Below are positions 26,185 to 38,476 of a stretch of 64,000 nucleotides of DNA, one piece after another. Below the pieces are notes generated by a model. It did not search any database. It had not been told where the DNA came from and saw only the letters and a program-made list of their open reading frames with translations. Position 1 is the stretch's first letter, and each line of letters starts with the position of its first letter. The translations under genes and the position numbers were made by a program. Source of the stretch: Octopus sinensis (taxonomy: Eukaryota); contig NC_042998.1 of assembly GCF_006345805.1 (NCBI RefSeq), positions 143,034,001-143,098,000 on the forward strand, in the 5' to 3' direction.

Positions 26185-26572
26185 ACTAGCAGTATCGCCC
26201 GGCGTTGCTCAGGTTTGTAAGGGAAATAACTATAAAGCATTTTTAGAGAGTTATAGCCAAAAAATAGCAAAAAAATGGAAAAAAATTATGGTAAATTTTT
26301 TTTTGAGATTTAAAAAAGGTAGAGTTGCGTCCCCTAGACAGTTTGTGGTTCGTATTCCTGATTCTCGACCCCATGTCGAATTTATCGATTTTTTTCAGAA
26401 CTGGGGGAACTTTTCAAAATTTTCGCTGCGTTAGTTTTGAATTATGACATTGGGCTATGTGTGTGTCAAGTTTCATCAGAATCGGTTGAAAGCCGTGGTC
26501 AGGGTGAGGGTACAAGCAAACAGACACACAGAAACACGCACAGACAAACTGCCGTTTATATAGAGAGAGATT
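26185..26572 (+). mobile_element. Non-autonomous Helitron/Helentron-like element
   Basis: Starts ACTAGCAGTATCGCCCGGCGTTGCTC, has internal AAGTTTCATCAGAATCGGTTG and a CAGACA-rich tract, and ends TTTATATAGAGAGAGAT. CpG-rich relative to flanks. Family call by resemblance. Confidence 0.5.
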
Positions 26573-28961
26573 AGAAATTGTTGAGTTGTAACAGCTGTAG
26601 GCTAAAGGTGTTGGCTGATCTTTTGACTCATTGCATTGTGTTGTATTTGTAACTACATAACACAAAACCTGACACTGAGCTGCCCCAACCACAAAAGCTG
26701 AATATAGGTCCTGTTAGGTACTATTTGTTCAGCTGTCATGGTTGAGTGGTTTTTGTGCTACTCTGTAATAACAACATCTTTGACTCTTCTGTCTAATTTT
26801 TGTTTTATAGTTACAGTGCCATGTAGAGTGAAATGAGCTCCTAGGCTGTGCTGACATTTAACTTAGCAGTTAAATGAAACATCAGTAGTTTTCTTTTTCT
26901 TTATCTTTCCTCAATGAGAACCTTTTCTGAAAGCCTTGTTGTGAGGTTTTGTCTTGGTGAGATTTCTTTTAAAATGAAAATCTGTAAAGTTTAAAAAATT
27001 TTAGGGAGCTTTTTTTTTTTATCCTCTCTCATTCTACCAGGTGCATCTGTTGGTAGAAAGTTAGTAAAATTAGAAAGTGGTAATACTGTCTTCATGCAGC
27101 TGGTGCTTTTCAATTAAAAAACAAAAATATTATCAATTAATTACTCTCGTGGTTTGAACCAGTGCATTTACATTTAAAATGTTTATCAAGAATGGTGAAT
27201 ATGAAATTTTTGCTACATGTTGTATAATACAAACTTCATGTTTTTAAAATGATATGTTTAAACTATCATTCAAAATTCCACATTAATTAATGTTCTAAAC
27301 ATCAGATTAATGATAGCAAACTTATTTTACTAAATTCTTCAATATTTTCAAGCAGATATATAGTAACAAAACAGTTAAAGGGAAAATCTTAGTCTAAGAA
27401 TTCATAAAGAGATATTTTGAAGCAAAAATCTGTAAAGTTTTAAGACCATTTTTTAATCTAAATGACAGGAATAATTTGATGAGAATGCTTCTGTCAATTC
27501 AATTTGTATTCTTCTTTCAGGTAAATATTGAGAGCATGAACATTTCTTGGTCGTTATTTGAAATAGATCCAATTCTCCTTTAGTCCCTCATATATTAACT
27601 TTATTATATTAACACTTTTGCTATCATACTTCTGTTGAAATGCACTGCTTTTGTTTCTATTAATTTTGAAAATACTGAAGAGTGTAATAAAATAGCTTTG
27701 TCATTATTAAGCTGCTATTTAAAGCATTAACTGAATGCATTTTATTGTGTCATTAACACTTAAAGAGGTTATCTTCAACAAGAGTTAAGAGGCTCTATTA
27801 GTAATTTTTATTCAGTTACAGTTTTAGTCAGGCTGCTTTGTGAAGTCCATGCCGTTAAATCCACTGCTTTCCCCCCTGCTATTTTTTGTATAGTTTTTAC
27901 AGCTAGCTGCCCTCCTTATCACCTATTACTTTGTAGCATGGACTAAGTGCATTTAATTATGCCAGTGGTAACAGATGCACTTTGTCCTATATCAATAATT
28001 TTTAATCAGAGTTTGTTTGTACTTTATCAGTTATTTTTTAATCATAAGCAGGTTGCAGTATACTGACTATCAGAGATTTGTACTTAGTGACCCTGTTGTG
28101 TAACAGTGATAATTTTATAAAACAATTTTGATCGTTACTAGCATCGCTTTACTGGCACTTGTGCCGGTGGCACGTAAAAAGAAAACATTCGAGTGAGGTC
28201 ATTGCCAGTACCACCTGACTGGCCCCCATGCTGGTGACATGTAAAAGCACCCACTACACTCTCAGAGTGGTTGGCGTTCGGAAGGCCATTTAGCTGTAGA
28301 AACTCTGCCAGATCAAGATTGGAGCCTGGTGTAGCCATCTGGTTTGCCAGTCCTCAGTCAAATCATCCAACTCATGCTAGCATGGCAAGCAGACGTTAAA
28401 CAATGATGATGAACGATGAATATATCTTGTAGAAATCCTCAGGTGCATATTTAAGTAGATGATTTTGCAACCATGTGGTTTTTGGTTTGGTCCCACAGTG
28501 TAGCACCTTGACCAAGTGTCTTCTACTATAGATTGAAGCTGTTCAAAGCCTTGTGAGTGAATTTGGTAGACAGAAACTGAAAAAAAAAGCCCATTTGGAT
28601 ATGTATCATAATCATTTAATATTTGGTTACCACACTCGCTTGAGTTGGATGGACTAATTGGACTGCATCAAGTGCCAATGTCAGCTTTGGCATGGTTTGT
28701 TCAGGGGATAACCTTCCTAATTCCAACAACTTTACAGAATGCATTGGATCTTTTTTTGTGATTTTACACACACACACAAATCTTTGTTTTTTACTTGTTT
28801 CATTCATTAGACTGTGGCCATGTGGGGGCACCATGTTGAAGAATTCTTAGTTGAATGAATACCCCTTTTTTTTCTTTTTTTCTTTTTAAGCCTGGTACTT
28901 ATTTTATCGATCTCCTTTTGCTAAACCTCTCAGTTACAGAGATGTAAACACATCAACACCA

Positions 28962-29571
28962 GGAGTAAAGATTTTTGCCAATATAACATAGCAGTCCTGG
29001 TTTAGGATGAATGTTGCTGTAATTTAGCCCCAGGAGACATCGTCTCCAGCTGGCTATACGACGTGATCTGTGTCCTTGTATTTTCGAACAAGGGAATCTA
29101 GCACCCCAACTCAGTTCAAAACAATATCTGTGTATTGCGATTTCCAGGTTATTTCCCTTCATCAGCACAGGATAATTGTTCGGCTTGAGGTGGCGCTGCC
29201 AAATTCTTGTTCGAAATATACAGTTTTCAAAGTGACAGCTAGTCATTGATCTATAAATTAGAAAATTACTATTTTTATATCTCACAATGAGAGATATTCA
29301 GCAACAGTACTTTGGAGTAAAGATTTTTGCTAACATAACATGGCAACTGGAGACAATGTTTCCTGGGGCTAAATTACAGCAACAATTGTCCTAGACCAGG
29401 ACTGCCATGTTATGTTGGCAAAAATCTTTACTCCAAAGTACTGTTACTGAATATTTCTCGTGAGATTTAAAAATAGTAATTTTCTAATTTATACATCAGT
29501 GACTAGTTGTCACTTTGCAAACTATATATTTTGAATGGGAATTTGGCAGTGCCACCTCCAGCTGAACAATT
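28962..29571 (-). mobile_element. Non-autonomous hammerhead-bearing element (retrozyme/pLTR-like): 352-bp monomer + partial repeat + inverted copy
   Basis: The first 32 bp of 28962-29313 recur at 29314-29345. 29346-29571 is the reverse complement of 29174-29313 joined to 28962-29050. It abuts a truncated family B SINE. Confidence 0.75.
29128..29170 (-). ncRNA. Minimal type I hammerhead ribozyme
   Basis: Minus strand: CTGTG-CTGATGA-AGGGAAATAACCTG-GAA-ATCGCAAT-A-CACAG. Perfect 5-bp stem I, near-palindromic stem III, weak stem II. Confidence 0.7.
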
Positions 29572-29934
29572 TTTTTGTTGTTTTTGAAGAACTGTAGCCA
29601 AATTTTTTGTGTTTAGCCACTATTGTTGGTTGATGGTGAATAACTGAGAAAAATGAGAAGTTATGCAAAAGCTACTGGAGATTGAGTTTCCCTAGACCCA
29701 CGTGTGCTGAAATAGGAGATGTTACAGTGGAATGGAGAGCTGATAAAGAAATATAGTAGTATGGTAGAGAAGGAAGGGTCAAATATAAAAATGACCCTGC
29801 CAGAGGAGGAAAACATGAAAATGGAAAAAGCAGGCAGTTATATTCAGAACATTTTCGAATAAAAATAGAAGAATTGAACACACGCCGCAGAAAGATTAGA
29901 AGAAATTTTGAAAGAACATATAGAAGACAGCATA

Positions 29935-31198
29935 CGAGGGGCGTTCAATAAGTAATGCCCCTGACCCACTTCCCATAGAAGTAGAGCAACGAAACTTGGA
30001 ACAGTTATTAGTCTTTTTCTACATAGGAACCACCCAGAGTTACGCATTTCTCCCATCGTTTGATGCAGTTCTGAAGACCGTTTTTGTAGAAGACCCCAGC
30101 TTGGTCCTCCAGCCACGACGTGACTTCAGAAATCAAGGCTGCATCATCTGGGAAATGCTTTCCTTTCAAAAACAACTTCATGGCTGGGAAGAGGTGAAAA
30201 TCAGAGGGTGCAAGGTCAGGAGAGTAGGGGGGATGGGGGATGAGTTCATAGCCGCACGCCTGTGCTTCTGATCTGGCGACACGCGAGTTGTGGATCGGAG
30301 CGTTGTCCTGCAAGAGGAGGATGCCTTTGCTGATCTTGCCCCGCCTCTTGATTTTGATAGCTTCTCTTAATTTCCTCAAAAGTGAAAAGCATAATAGACT
30401 CCTGTAATTGTGGCACCCTTTGCCAGGAAATCTGTCTTCACTACTCCGTCCTGGTCCCAGAAGACTGTAAGCATGACCTTGCCAGCGGAGGGCTGCACCC
30501 TTGCCTTCTTTGGAGGAGGTGAGTCACGGTGCTTCCACTGCATTGACTGGGCTTTGGTCTCTAGATCATAGTGATGGACCCAGGTTTTATCTTATGCAAT
30601 CAGTCTTTTGAAAAATTTCGACTCATCTTCTTGGCACATCTCCAAATTCATCCTCGAGCAATCGACGCGTTCTTGCTTCTGGAAAGGTGTGAGCAACCTG
30701 GGAATCCATCTGGCAGACACCTTTTGCATATGCAAATGGTCATGAATGATAGTTTCCACAGACCCGGTACTAATCTTGACCTCATGGGCTATTTGGTGAA
30801 TAGTTATGCGTCGATCTTCCAAAATGGCAGCCTCAACTTGACAGACAGATGCCTCATCAATGGCAGAAGGGGGCGACCAGATCTGGGAGCTGTTTCCACA
30901 GAGTTCCGACCATGTTTGAATTCATGATGCCAGCGTTTTACAAGGTCATATGATGGGGCATCATCACCATAAGTTACTTTCATTTCATCAAAAGTCTCCC
31001 GTGGTGTGCATCCTTTCAAATACAAAAACCGGATCACTGCTCGACACTCAACATGCTCCATTTCACACTTGACTCAGTTCAAACACCTGTAAATCGGAAA
31101 CCACAATTAGTTCAACGCTGTAATTTGCCACTTAATCTATAGAGATATAAATAATTGCACATGCAAAATTTCAGCTAGATCAAACAACTAGCCCCTCG
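29935..31198 (-). mobile_element. Mariner (DD34D) transposon with a disrupted transposase at 30008-31061
   Basis: TA-flanked ends TA-CGAGGGGCGTTCAATAAGTAATGCCCC ... GCCCCTCG-TA. Motifs ARWIPRLL, DKTWVHHYD, LQDNAPIH and HPPYSPDLAPSDFHLF. One stop at 30592-30594 and frameshifts near 30815 and 30385. Confidence 0.95.
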
Positions 31199-32206
31199 TA
31201 GCATTCTTTACGAGAGGAAAGAGATATGCATCGCTAGTGGTAACCTTTATATCAGAAGAGGAGGTGGAAAAAACCTCAAGCTGATACAGGAAGAAAAATG
31301 GACTTTGATGCCAAACTGTTTAGTCTGATTTGACATGGTTTCTACAGCTGGATGCCCTTCCTAACACTAACAACTCTGAGAGTGTAATGGGTGCTTTTTA
31401 CATGCCATTGGCACAGGTACCATTTACATGACACCAGTAACAGTCACAACTATGATCTCCAGGTGCCATTTACATGACACTGGCAATGGTCATGACTACA
31501 TTTTCACTTGGCTTAAGGAGTCTTTTGAAGCACAGCATATCGCCAAAGGTCTTGGTCACTTGTCATCGCCTCCTTGAGGCCCAACATTTGAAGATCATTT
31601 TGAGGATCAGGCTACTGGCAAATCTGTATTCGTGAAAAATCTGTTATTTTTTTGAATGAAGGCCTTTATATCAATTTACAGAAGTTCCCTTGTCTTTGTC
31701 TCTCATGTTCTCAGAAATACAACTAACCAGTAAAGAACCAGGCTGGTAGGACAAAAGATAAATACATTGTAGTTTAGTAACTGTTGTGATGTAAAAGACA
31801 AAAATAACAGTGTTTTGGAAGTATCTTTGTAAGCTATATTTCATTATTTGTGGTTAGCCATCCACAAATGATCGCCTGTATATACACGCGTGTGTGTGTG
31901 CGTATGTGTATGTGAGAAAACTGTAGGGAGTTACACAGCTGTATCAACAAGCATCAGGTAGTACAGTAGTTATTTGTGAGAAATTATCAGGTGTGTAGAG
32001 TATGAGGAGAGGTCGAACAGTCATTGTAAAGTGTTTTCATAATAGGGATTCTATGTTTTAGGGGTTGTAAAGGAAGAAAGCCATTACATTATTGATTTGA
32101 TATCTCGCTTGCATTCAATTTGCTTCACACACACACTTACATTCTGTTTCTCTCTCTCCTCCCACCTCTCTCTCTCTTAATTACACTTTGTAAATTTCTG
32201 TCTTTA

Positions 32207-32253
<47 letters not shown>

Positions 32254-33409
32254 CTGTGTGTGTATGTGTATATATATGTCTGTCACTGTTTTTTTCATAT
32301 ACACTTTGTCCTATACATTTCTTTTTCTCTTTCTTTTGCTTTTTCCTTGGACAGCTTTCACTCTTTCTCTCTCCCTCTCTTTCCCACTCACCACATTATT
32401 GATATGTAGTGTCATTACATTTTTTTTTGCCCCCTAAGCTAATGACCCCACTCTTCTCCTACTCCTGTCTCACCCATTTCCTGCTCCCACCCTCCCACTT
32501 GGTTTAATCAGTCAGCTGGAATTAGTTACCACACCCATTTCATAGTTATTGAGTTGGCATTAGAGAAGAAATACCTGAAAACTATTGAAAAATACAGTTA
32601 TTGACATGGTAATTTATATGAATTACTTATTTGCAGAACCTGCCAACCCATGTATTGTAAATTAATACAATATATTAATTTTATGATATATGTATTAATG
32701 TTTAAAGCATTTTTATCACATTTTGTTCAGATGTCTCTTTTAACATGTTGAATAAATTGAATATTCTTATGTGTCTGTCTCTTCTTGTGTCAGTTTCTGA
32801 GCGTGTGTATGTGCATATGTGTTTGTGTGTATACATCTGTTCTCACTTATTACTGTTTCACTCATCACTGATCTAGGATAGCACAATATGCTCAATCATG
32901 AACTGTGGATTGATCTGTGATGACACAAGCCAGAGGTCAGTTGAAGATTTTGTTTGTACTGCAAAAACACACCCAAGCAACCACCCACAATGGTCAGGTA
33001 CCCAGAATGCACTGACTATTGCTTGTGTTTACTTGACCATGTAGTGAGTCTGCATATTTTTTATACAGATTTATGCACGTGTGGGACCAAAACAGAAAAA
33101 ATACAAAGGTGCCTAACAAATGATGCTGACAAATGTATTCTCTAGAAATGATCAAGAAAATACATGATGGAAGTTTTGCTACTGTAGGCTGCAAGTTTGA
33201 TGTTAAATGAATCTACTATTTGTTTCATTTACAGTATGTGTGGATATGATTCGTTTATCAGTGTTTTTTTTTTTTTTAAACCAAATCCTGTGATAAGTGA
33301 GGATAAATGAATTACATCTATTTGAAGAAGGAATCATTTTTAACATGCACCATCATTTACCTTTACTTTTAATTCCTTTCACAGATTTCCCGTTGGTCTT
33401 GAAACGAAG

Positions 33410-34250
33410 ATGGAGGAACAGCTAGACAGCCTGGAGGATTGGGTGGCTGTCAAACACAACCCTTTCTCTGAAGGTCATCTACCTCCAAAAATCATCTTCA
33501 TTATTGGCTGGAATGAAGTGGAGAAGAAAATAGCCGTCACCAGTCGGCAACACAACCGAGTCGCCAGCGACCTTGCTGAAAGTGGCAACCGTACTGGATT
33601 ATTCACTTTTAGTGAGATACGAGCTGTTCACGAACTTCTCTGTCTTGTTCATGGCTGCCTTGCACCATATTTACCTGACATACCTGTCGAACCTCGTGGC
33701 CTCTGGACATTCATTAGTCCAATGCAGACCCCTGATAATATTGATGAAATCTGCAAGAACCTTGAACGGTACTTCCAGATTGTATTAGAGATTTGTAATG
33801 AACGTCTTCTTATATCGACTCTCTTTGAAGAATTCACTGCTGATGACTATTTTGAAAATTTTTCCGAGATCCATCGTCGTAGCTATGAAGAGGCAGTGGC
33901 TGTAGCTGAAGAACAGTTGGAAAATGTGCTGTTTTTGCGAGAAAGTTCCGTTACCATGTCTGAGAAAGAAGACATGTATAATTTGGAAGATGCTGCCATG
34001 GCTAAGCTGAACATTAATTTAGCAAGTTTTTATAATTTCCAAATACAGCCATTTTTGGACATGCGAGAATTAGCATTCACCAAGTTGCGTGAGGCACGTA
34101 AAAAGCTGCAGGATATAGATACGGGTGAACGGATCAAAGCTGAATATAGGAAAATATTCACTGAGTGGCAGGGACATTATGAACGAGCTTTGGATAATAT
34201 CCAAGAACTTTATATAAAATATTACAAGACCACTTGCAGTAATCTTCAGG
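33410..34250 (+). CDS. JMY: JMY/WHAMM-family protein, coding exon 1 (WHAMM-JMY N-terminal domain and start of coiled coil)
   Basis: MEEQLDSLEDWVAVK...FIIGWNEVEKKIAVT matches WHAMM/JMY N-termini. Acceptor TTTCACAG ends 33384 and donor G|GTAAGT starts 34251. 841 nt, ends in phase 1. JMY versus WHAMM orthology cannot be resolved. Confidence 0.92.
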
Positions 34251-34978
34251 GTAAGTTTTCTTTTCATTGAAAATAATGTTCCTTTCATACTGATATCTTC
34301 TTTCTTTTTATTTGACCTTTTTTTAGAATTTTTTATTCTGTTGCATTCTCCTCTGTCCATTTTTGTTTTCATATTTATTTTTATTGTTGTTTAGTTTCAG
34401 ATTAAACCTAACTAGTTGGTCCTTTATTTGGTCAAAAGCATTCCGGCCACGACCAATACGTTTTTTTCTTCAATTATAATAAAAATATCTAGAACTACAG
34501 TATTCAATGTGGCCTTCATTTTCTTAAGACAATAGGATGTGATTTGAGGGAGATTTTGCTGCTATTTCTTTTAGGCTGAATATCTTATCCTTGCCATCTA
34601 GACTAGAATGGTATGAAACTTTATCTCATTTTCACTCTCTGGACAGCAAGTTGAGAGAATCTTTAGAGCATCCAATGGAATGGTTCCTGGTGTTTGTTCT
34701 GACTCTCTGTGCTCTGAAATTCAACTTCACCTTTAATTCATTTTCAGAATAGATAAAAATGTACCTTTCCAGGGCAGTGGGTTGGGCAGAACAGTAAGAA
34801 TGTCAGAGCAGAGTATCTTGCAGTGTTTGTAGTAGGCCCTAATCTGTTACACATTTTAGTACAACCACCTGGCACCTTGGATGACTTTTATTCATTAAAT
34901 AATATTGCTTGCTGACAATTCACTATATATATGTGTGTGTCTGTGTGTGAGATATATATATATTATTTTTTATTCCAG

Positions 34979-35060
34979 CCATGCTTGAAAGAATGAAACA
35001 GGATAAAGAAAAATTTGGCAAAACAGCTTTTGATCTTCTGGGTGTTGATCGAATGAGACG
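34979..35060 (+). CDS. JMY: JMY/WHAMM coding exon 2
   Basis: TTCCAG|CC...CG|GTAAAT. Encodes AMLERMKQDKEKFGKTAFDLLGVDRMR (compare JMY DQKKFGKA). Phase 1 to 2. Confidence 0.88.
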
Positions 35061-36309
35061 GTAAATCATTTGCTTTATGTTTTTTGTGAGTAGTGGAAAT
35101 TTTAGCCTTCAACAATATTTGTTTAACCCTTAAACAGTGAACATCATAAATTGGTGTTTCATTAGAGAACAGCAGACATCATCAGTTTAATGTTTCAAAA
35201 CTTTTACATGAATATAGTCATCATTAGAGGAAAGTGAATATTTTACAGCACTTTTCAATAATGAGATTGTAAATTTTATTTTGTGAAAGACTAGCAATTA
35301 TGGTTTGTGTGCTTATTTGAAGTGGAAATAAGTATAAAATTTACCATTAATCTATTTGAACCAACCACATCTGGTCCAAATGTTCTGTCTGTTTTATATT
35401 CAAACTGGCCAGGTCTGGCTTCTCACACTCACCCTACATTGTCATTCTGGAAATAAGCAATCACATCATCAACTTCTCAAAGCTCTAAGATAACACATGG
35501 TCAATTCAAATCAATGTGAGTAAATAGACATATTTGACTGAGTTATCTGAATGTTAAAGGGTCCAGAAAAAGATATTTCTTTTTGTTTTTTGCCTGTTTG
35601 GCATACACATGCAACCATTTAAGGATTAATGTCCGTTTTTCCATGCTACTATGTGTTGGATGAGAACTGCTTACTTGAAGCAGTATTTTACAGCTTGATG
35701 TCCTTTCTGTCACCAACCCTTGTCTGTTTTCAAAGAAGGGATTTTTTTTTGCACTAGTTTTTGAAAACACAGCAGTTGCTTGTAATATCAACAAAGAATT
35801 CAAAATGTTGTATCACTGTTTTGTTCAGATGGTGATAAGCAAAACCATGAAATTTCAACATTCATGCATGCACACACACTCGTGCGCGCGTGCACACACT
35901 CACACAAACACACAGAGGCTTCAATACAGTTTCTGTTTACTAAGTTCCACCGAGAAGGAATTGGTTGACTGAGCTGTAGTACTTGCCCATGGTTCCATTC
36001 ACTCAAACTAAACCTGAAACCATATTGTAAAGTAGACTTTTTAAACCATCCAGCCATGCCTTTTCCCCTGCAGGCAATGTCTGGCTGTCTAGTCTCCTAC
36101 TAAAGGTACCTGAAAAATAATAACATCTGACATTTGAGCTGAAATAACCATCATTATCATCATCATTTAGCATTTGTTTTCCATGCTGGCATGGGTTAAG
36201 CAGTTTGACTGGAACTGGTAAGCCAGAGATATGCACTAGGCTCCAGTCTGTTTTGGCTTGGTCTCTATGGCTGGATGCCCTTCCTAATATTAACTACTTC
36301 ATAGAGTGT

Positions 36310-36545
36310 ATTGGATGTCTTTTACATGTCACCAGCATGGGTGCCTTTAACATGTCACCAACATGAGTACCTTTTACATGTCACTGGTATGGGTACCCTT
36401 TAAATGTCATTGGCATGAGTGCTTTTTACATATCACTGGTACAGGTGCCTTATACTTATCACTGCATGGATGCCTTTAATGTGTCATCGACGTGCCTTTT
36501 ATGTGTCACTGGCATGGGTGCCTTTCATGTGTCACCATCACTGGC
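36310..36545. repeat. Degenerate minisatellite, about 25-bp unit (TTTACATGTCACTGGCATGGGTGCC), about 9 copies
   Basis: Tandem expansion inside a family C retroposon. A smaller version occurs at 31390-31490. Confidence 0.75.
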
Positions 36546-37408
36546 CACATCTACAATTTCACTTAGCTTGACTTGTCTTCTCGAGTACAGCAAATCACCA
36601 AAAGTCACCATCTCATCCCACGTCTTCCTGAGTCTATCTCTTCTAAGAGTGCAGTAAGTCAGTGATTACTTTCACTGTGGAGACTGCTGAAAGATTGAGA
36701 CTGATTTGGTTGCAGCACGTTGTAGAGGGAGTGACCACACAATTGAATATGGTAATGGTAGTGGTGCTGGTGTTGGCGTTGATGGTGCTGATGGCAGCAG
36801 TTTTGGCACAGCTGTTGCTTTTGCTATTACTTCTCAAGTGTTTAAAAGTAGAAACCTTTGTTTACATGGTTTAACAATTAAAACTGAAAATCCCATCATT
36901 ATTACAATCTCGACATTGTTTTGTTGTTTTCTATATTTTATTCAACTGGTTGTTGTAATTGCAGAGTTTACTAAGGTAATTAAAACAGAATTCATTACTA
37001 CAGTTTGGAATGTCTATTTTAACTAAATATAGTGTTTAAATAAATTGTTTAATTTAATTTACTTTGGAAAAAATCTTTACTTTTTTTTCTTTTAAAGACT
37101 TAAGTAACATCATTAAAGAAATAATATTTGGTAGTGACAACTGCAAGGTTTTTTTTTGTGTAGCTGTGAAGTTTTCCTAATATGGTGACTTATAAAAAGA
37201 AAATAGATGTTAATTTAAGGTTGTTATTTTCAAGCAAGTTTAAGAATAACAGCCAAACCTTTACTGATGTTTCAGAGGGCGGTGATGATGAGAGACTCAA
37301 TACTGAATGTAGACTCAAATTTACTGTAAAATTCATTTTGAGTGTGACTTTATATTTCCCCTGATGGTTTTTTCATTTGGTCTGGTTGAATAAGCCATTG
37401 AGTAAAAC

Positions 37409-37624
37409 TTAATCCCTTGGCATTTAAACTGGCCATATCTGGCTCAAATATTCTACCTCTTTTATGTTTAAACTGGCCAGATTCAATCTCACACTTACCA
37501 TACAATGTCATTCTAAAAATAAACACTCACTCTTTTAAAATATTGAAGTCACATGATTAATTCAAAACAATGTGAATAAATAAGCATTACATTTGACAGA
37601 GTAGTCTGAATGCTAAAAGGTTAA
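37409..37624. mobile_element. TTAA-flanked MITE (piggyBac-like)
   Basis: TTAA-TCCCTTGGCATT...AATGCTAAAAGG-TTAA. Related copies at about 9330-9528 and 35347-35562. Confidence 0.6.
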
Positions 37625-38243
37625 AGTCTTAGTCCAAAAAACAGTATCTAATACACTCTGTAAAGGGGTCAGTATTAGGAAGGGCCCTTGCTGTAGGAAC
37701 TTTGCCAAAGTAGATACTAGAGTATTACTCAATCTCCTACTTGTCAGATCCTGCTGAACCATTCAACCCATGCCAGCATGGAAACTGGACATTAAATATT
37801 GATGTTGATGATGACGCTGATGGACATATGTATAAAAATGTGAATTAGTGCATACAGTTGGCATTGGTTCAATATATCATAATAAAGGTCAGAATACTAT
37901 AGCTGTGATGTCTTTTTATAATTCTAACCCTCATGGTAATTTTGTTAAGTTAGTGTCTATATTTCATTAAACATTTTCAAGAAATGAAATATTCTTATAG
38001 AAACCACTGAGCTTGATGACTTTTAAACATTACAATTGCTGTTCTTAAAGATTCATTAGAAAAGATGAAAATCAAAAATATTACTGAGACCTGTATCTAG
38101 TTGATTTCTCTAGGTAAATATCATGAATTTAAAAGCGTTTGATTTCAAATTATCTCCATTTCCGCATTCTTTTTCCTCACACTTTTGTTAGATTTCTCTA
38201 TTAATTTTCATTTATTGTCTCTATTTATGTACCAATTTTAAAG

Positions 38244-38334
38244 CATCCGGATAGATCTCTGCAACGAGCGGCTACAGCTTCTCCATAATATCCAGAAGGA
38301 ATACATACAGGAGCGAGACAAAGTGAAAAAAGAG
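38244..38334 (+). CDS. JMY: JMY/WHAMM coding exon 3
   Basis: TTTTAAAG|C...GAG|GTAAGA. Encodes RIRIDLCNERLQLLHNIQKEYIQERDKVKKE. Phase 2 to 0. Confidence 0.85.
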
Positions 38335-38476
38335 GTAAGATTTTAAAGATCATTAATAAGTAGACCCATTTCTTGAAAATTTTTAACCTTTTTTTATGAT
38401 ACCCATTGAATTATGTCAAATCATCCTACCCATGCTAACATGGCAAATAGACATAAAATGATTTTACAAATACATA

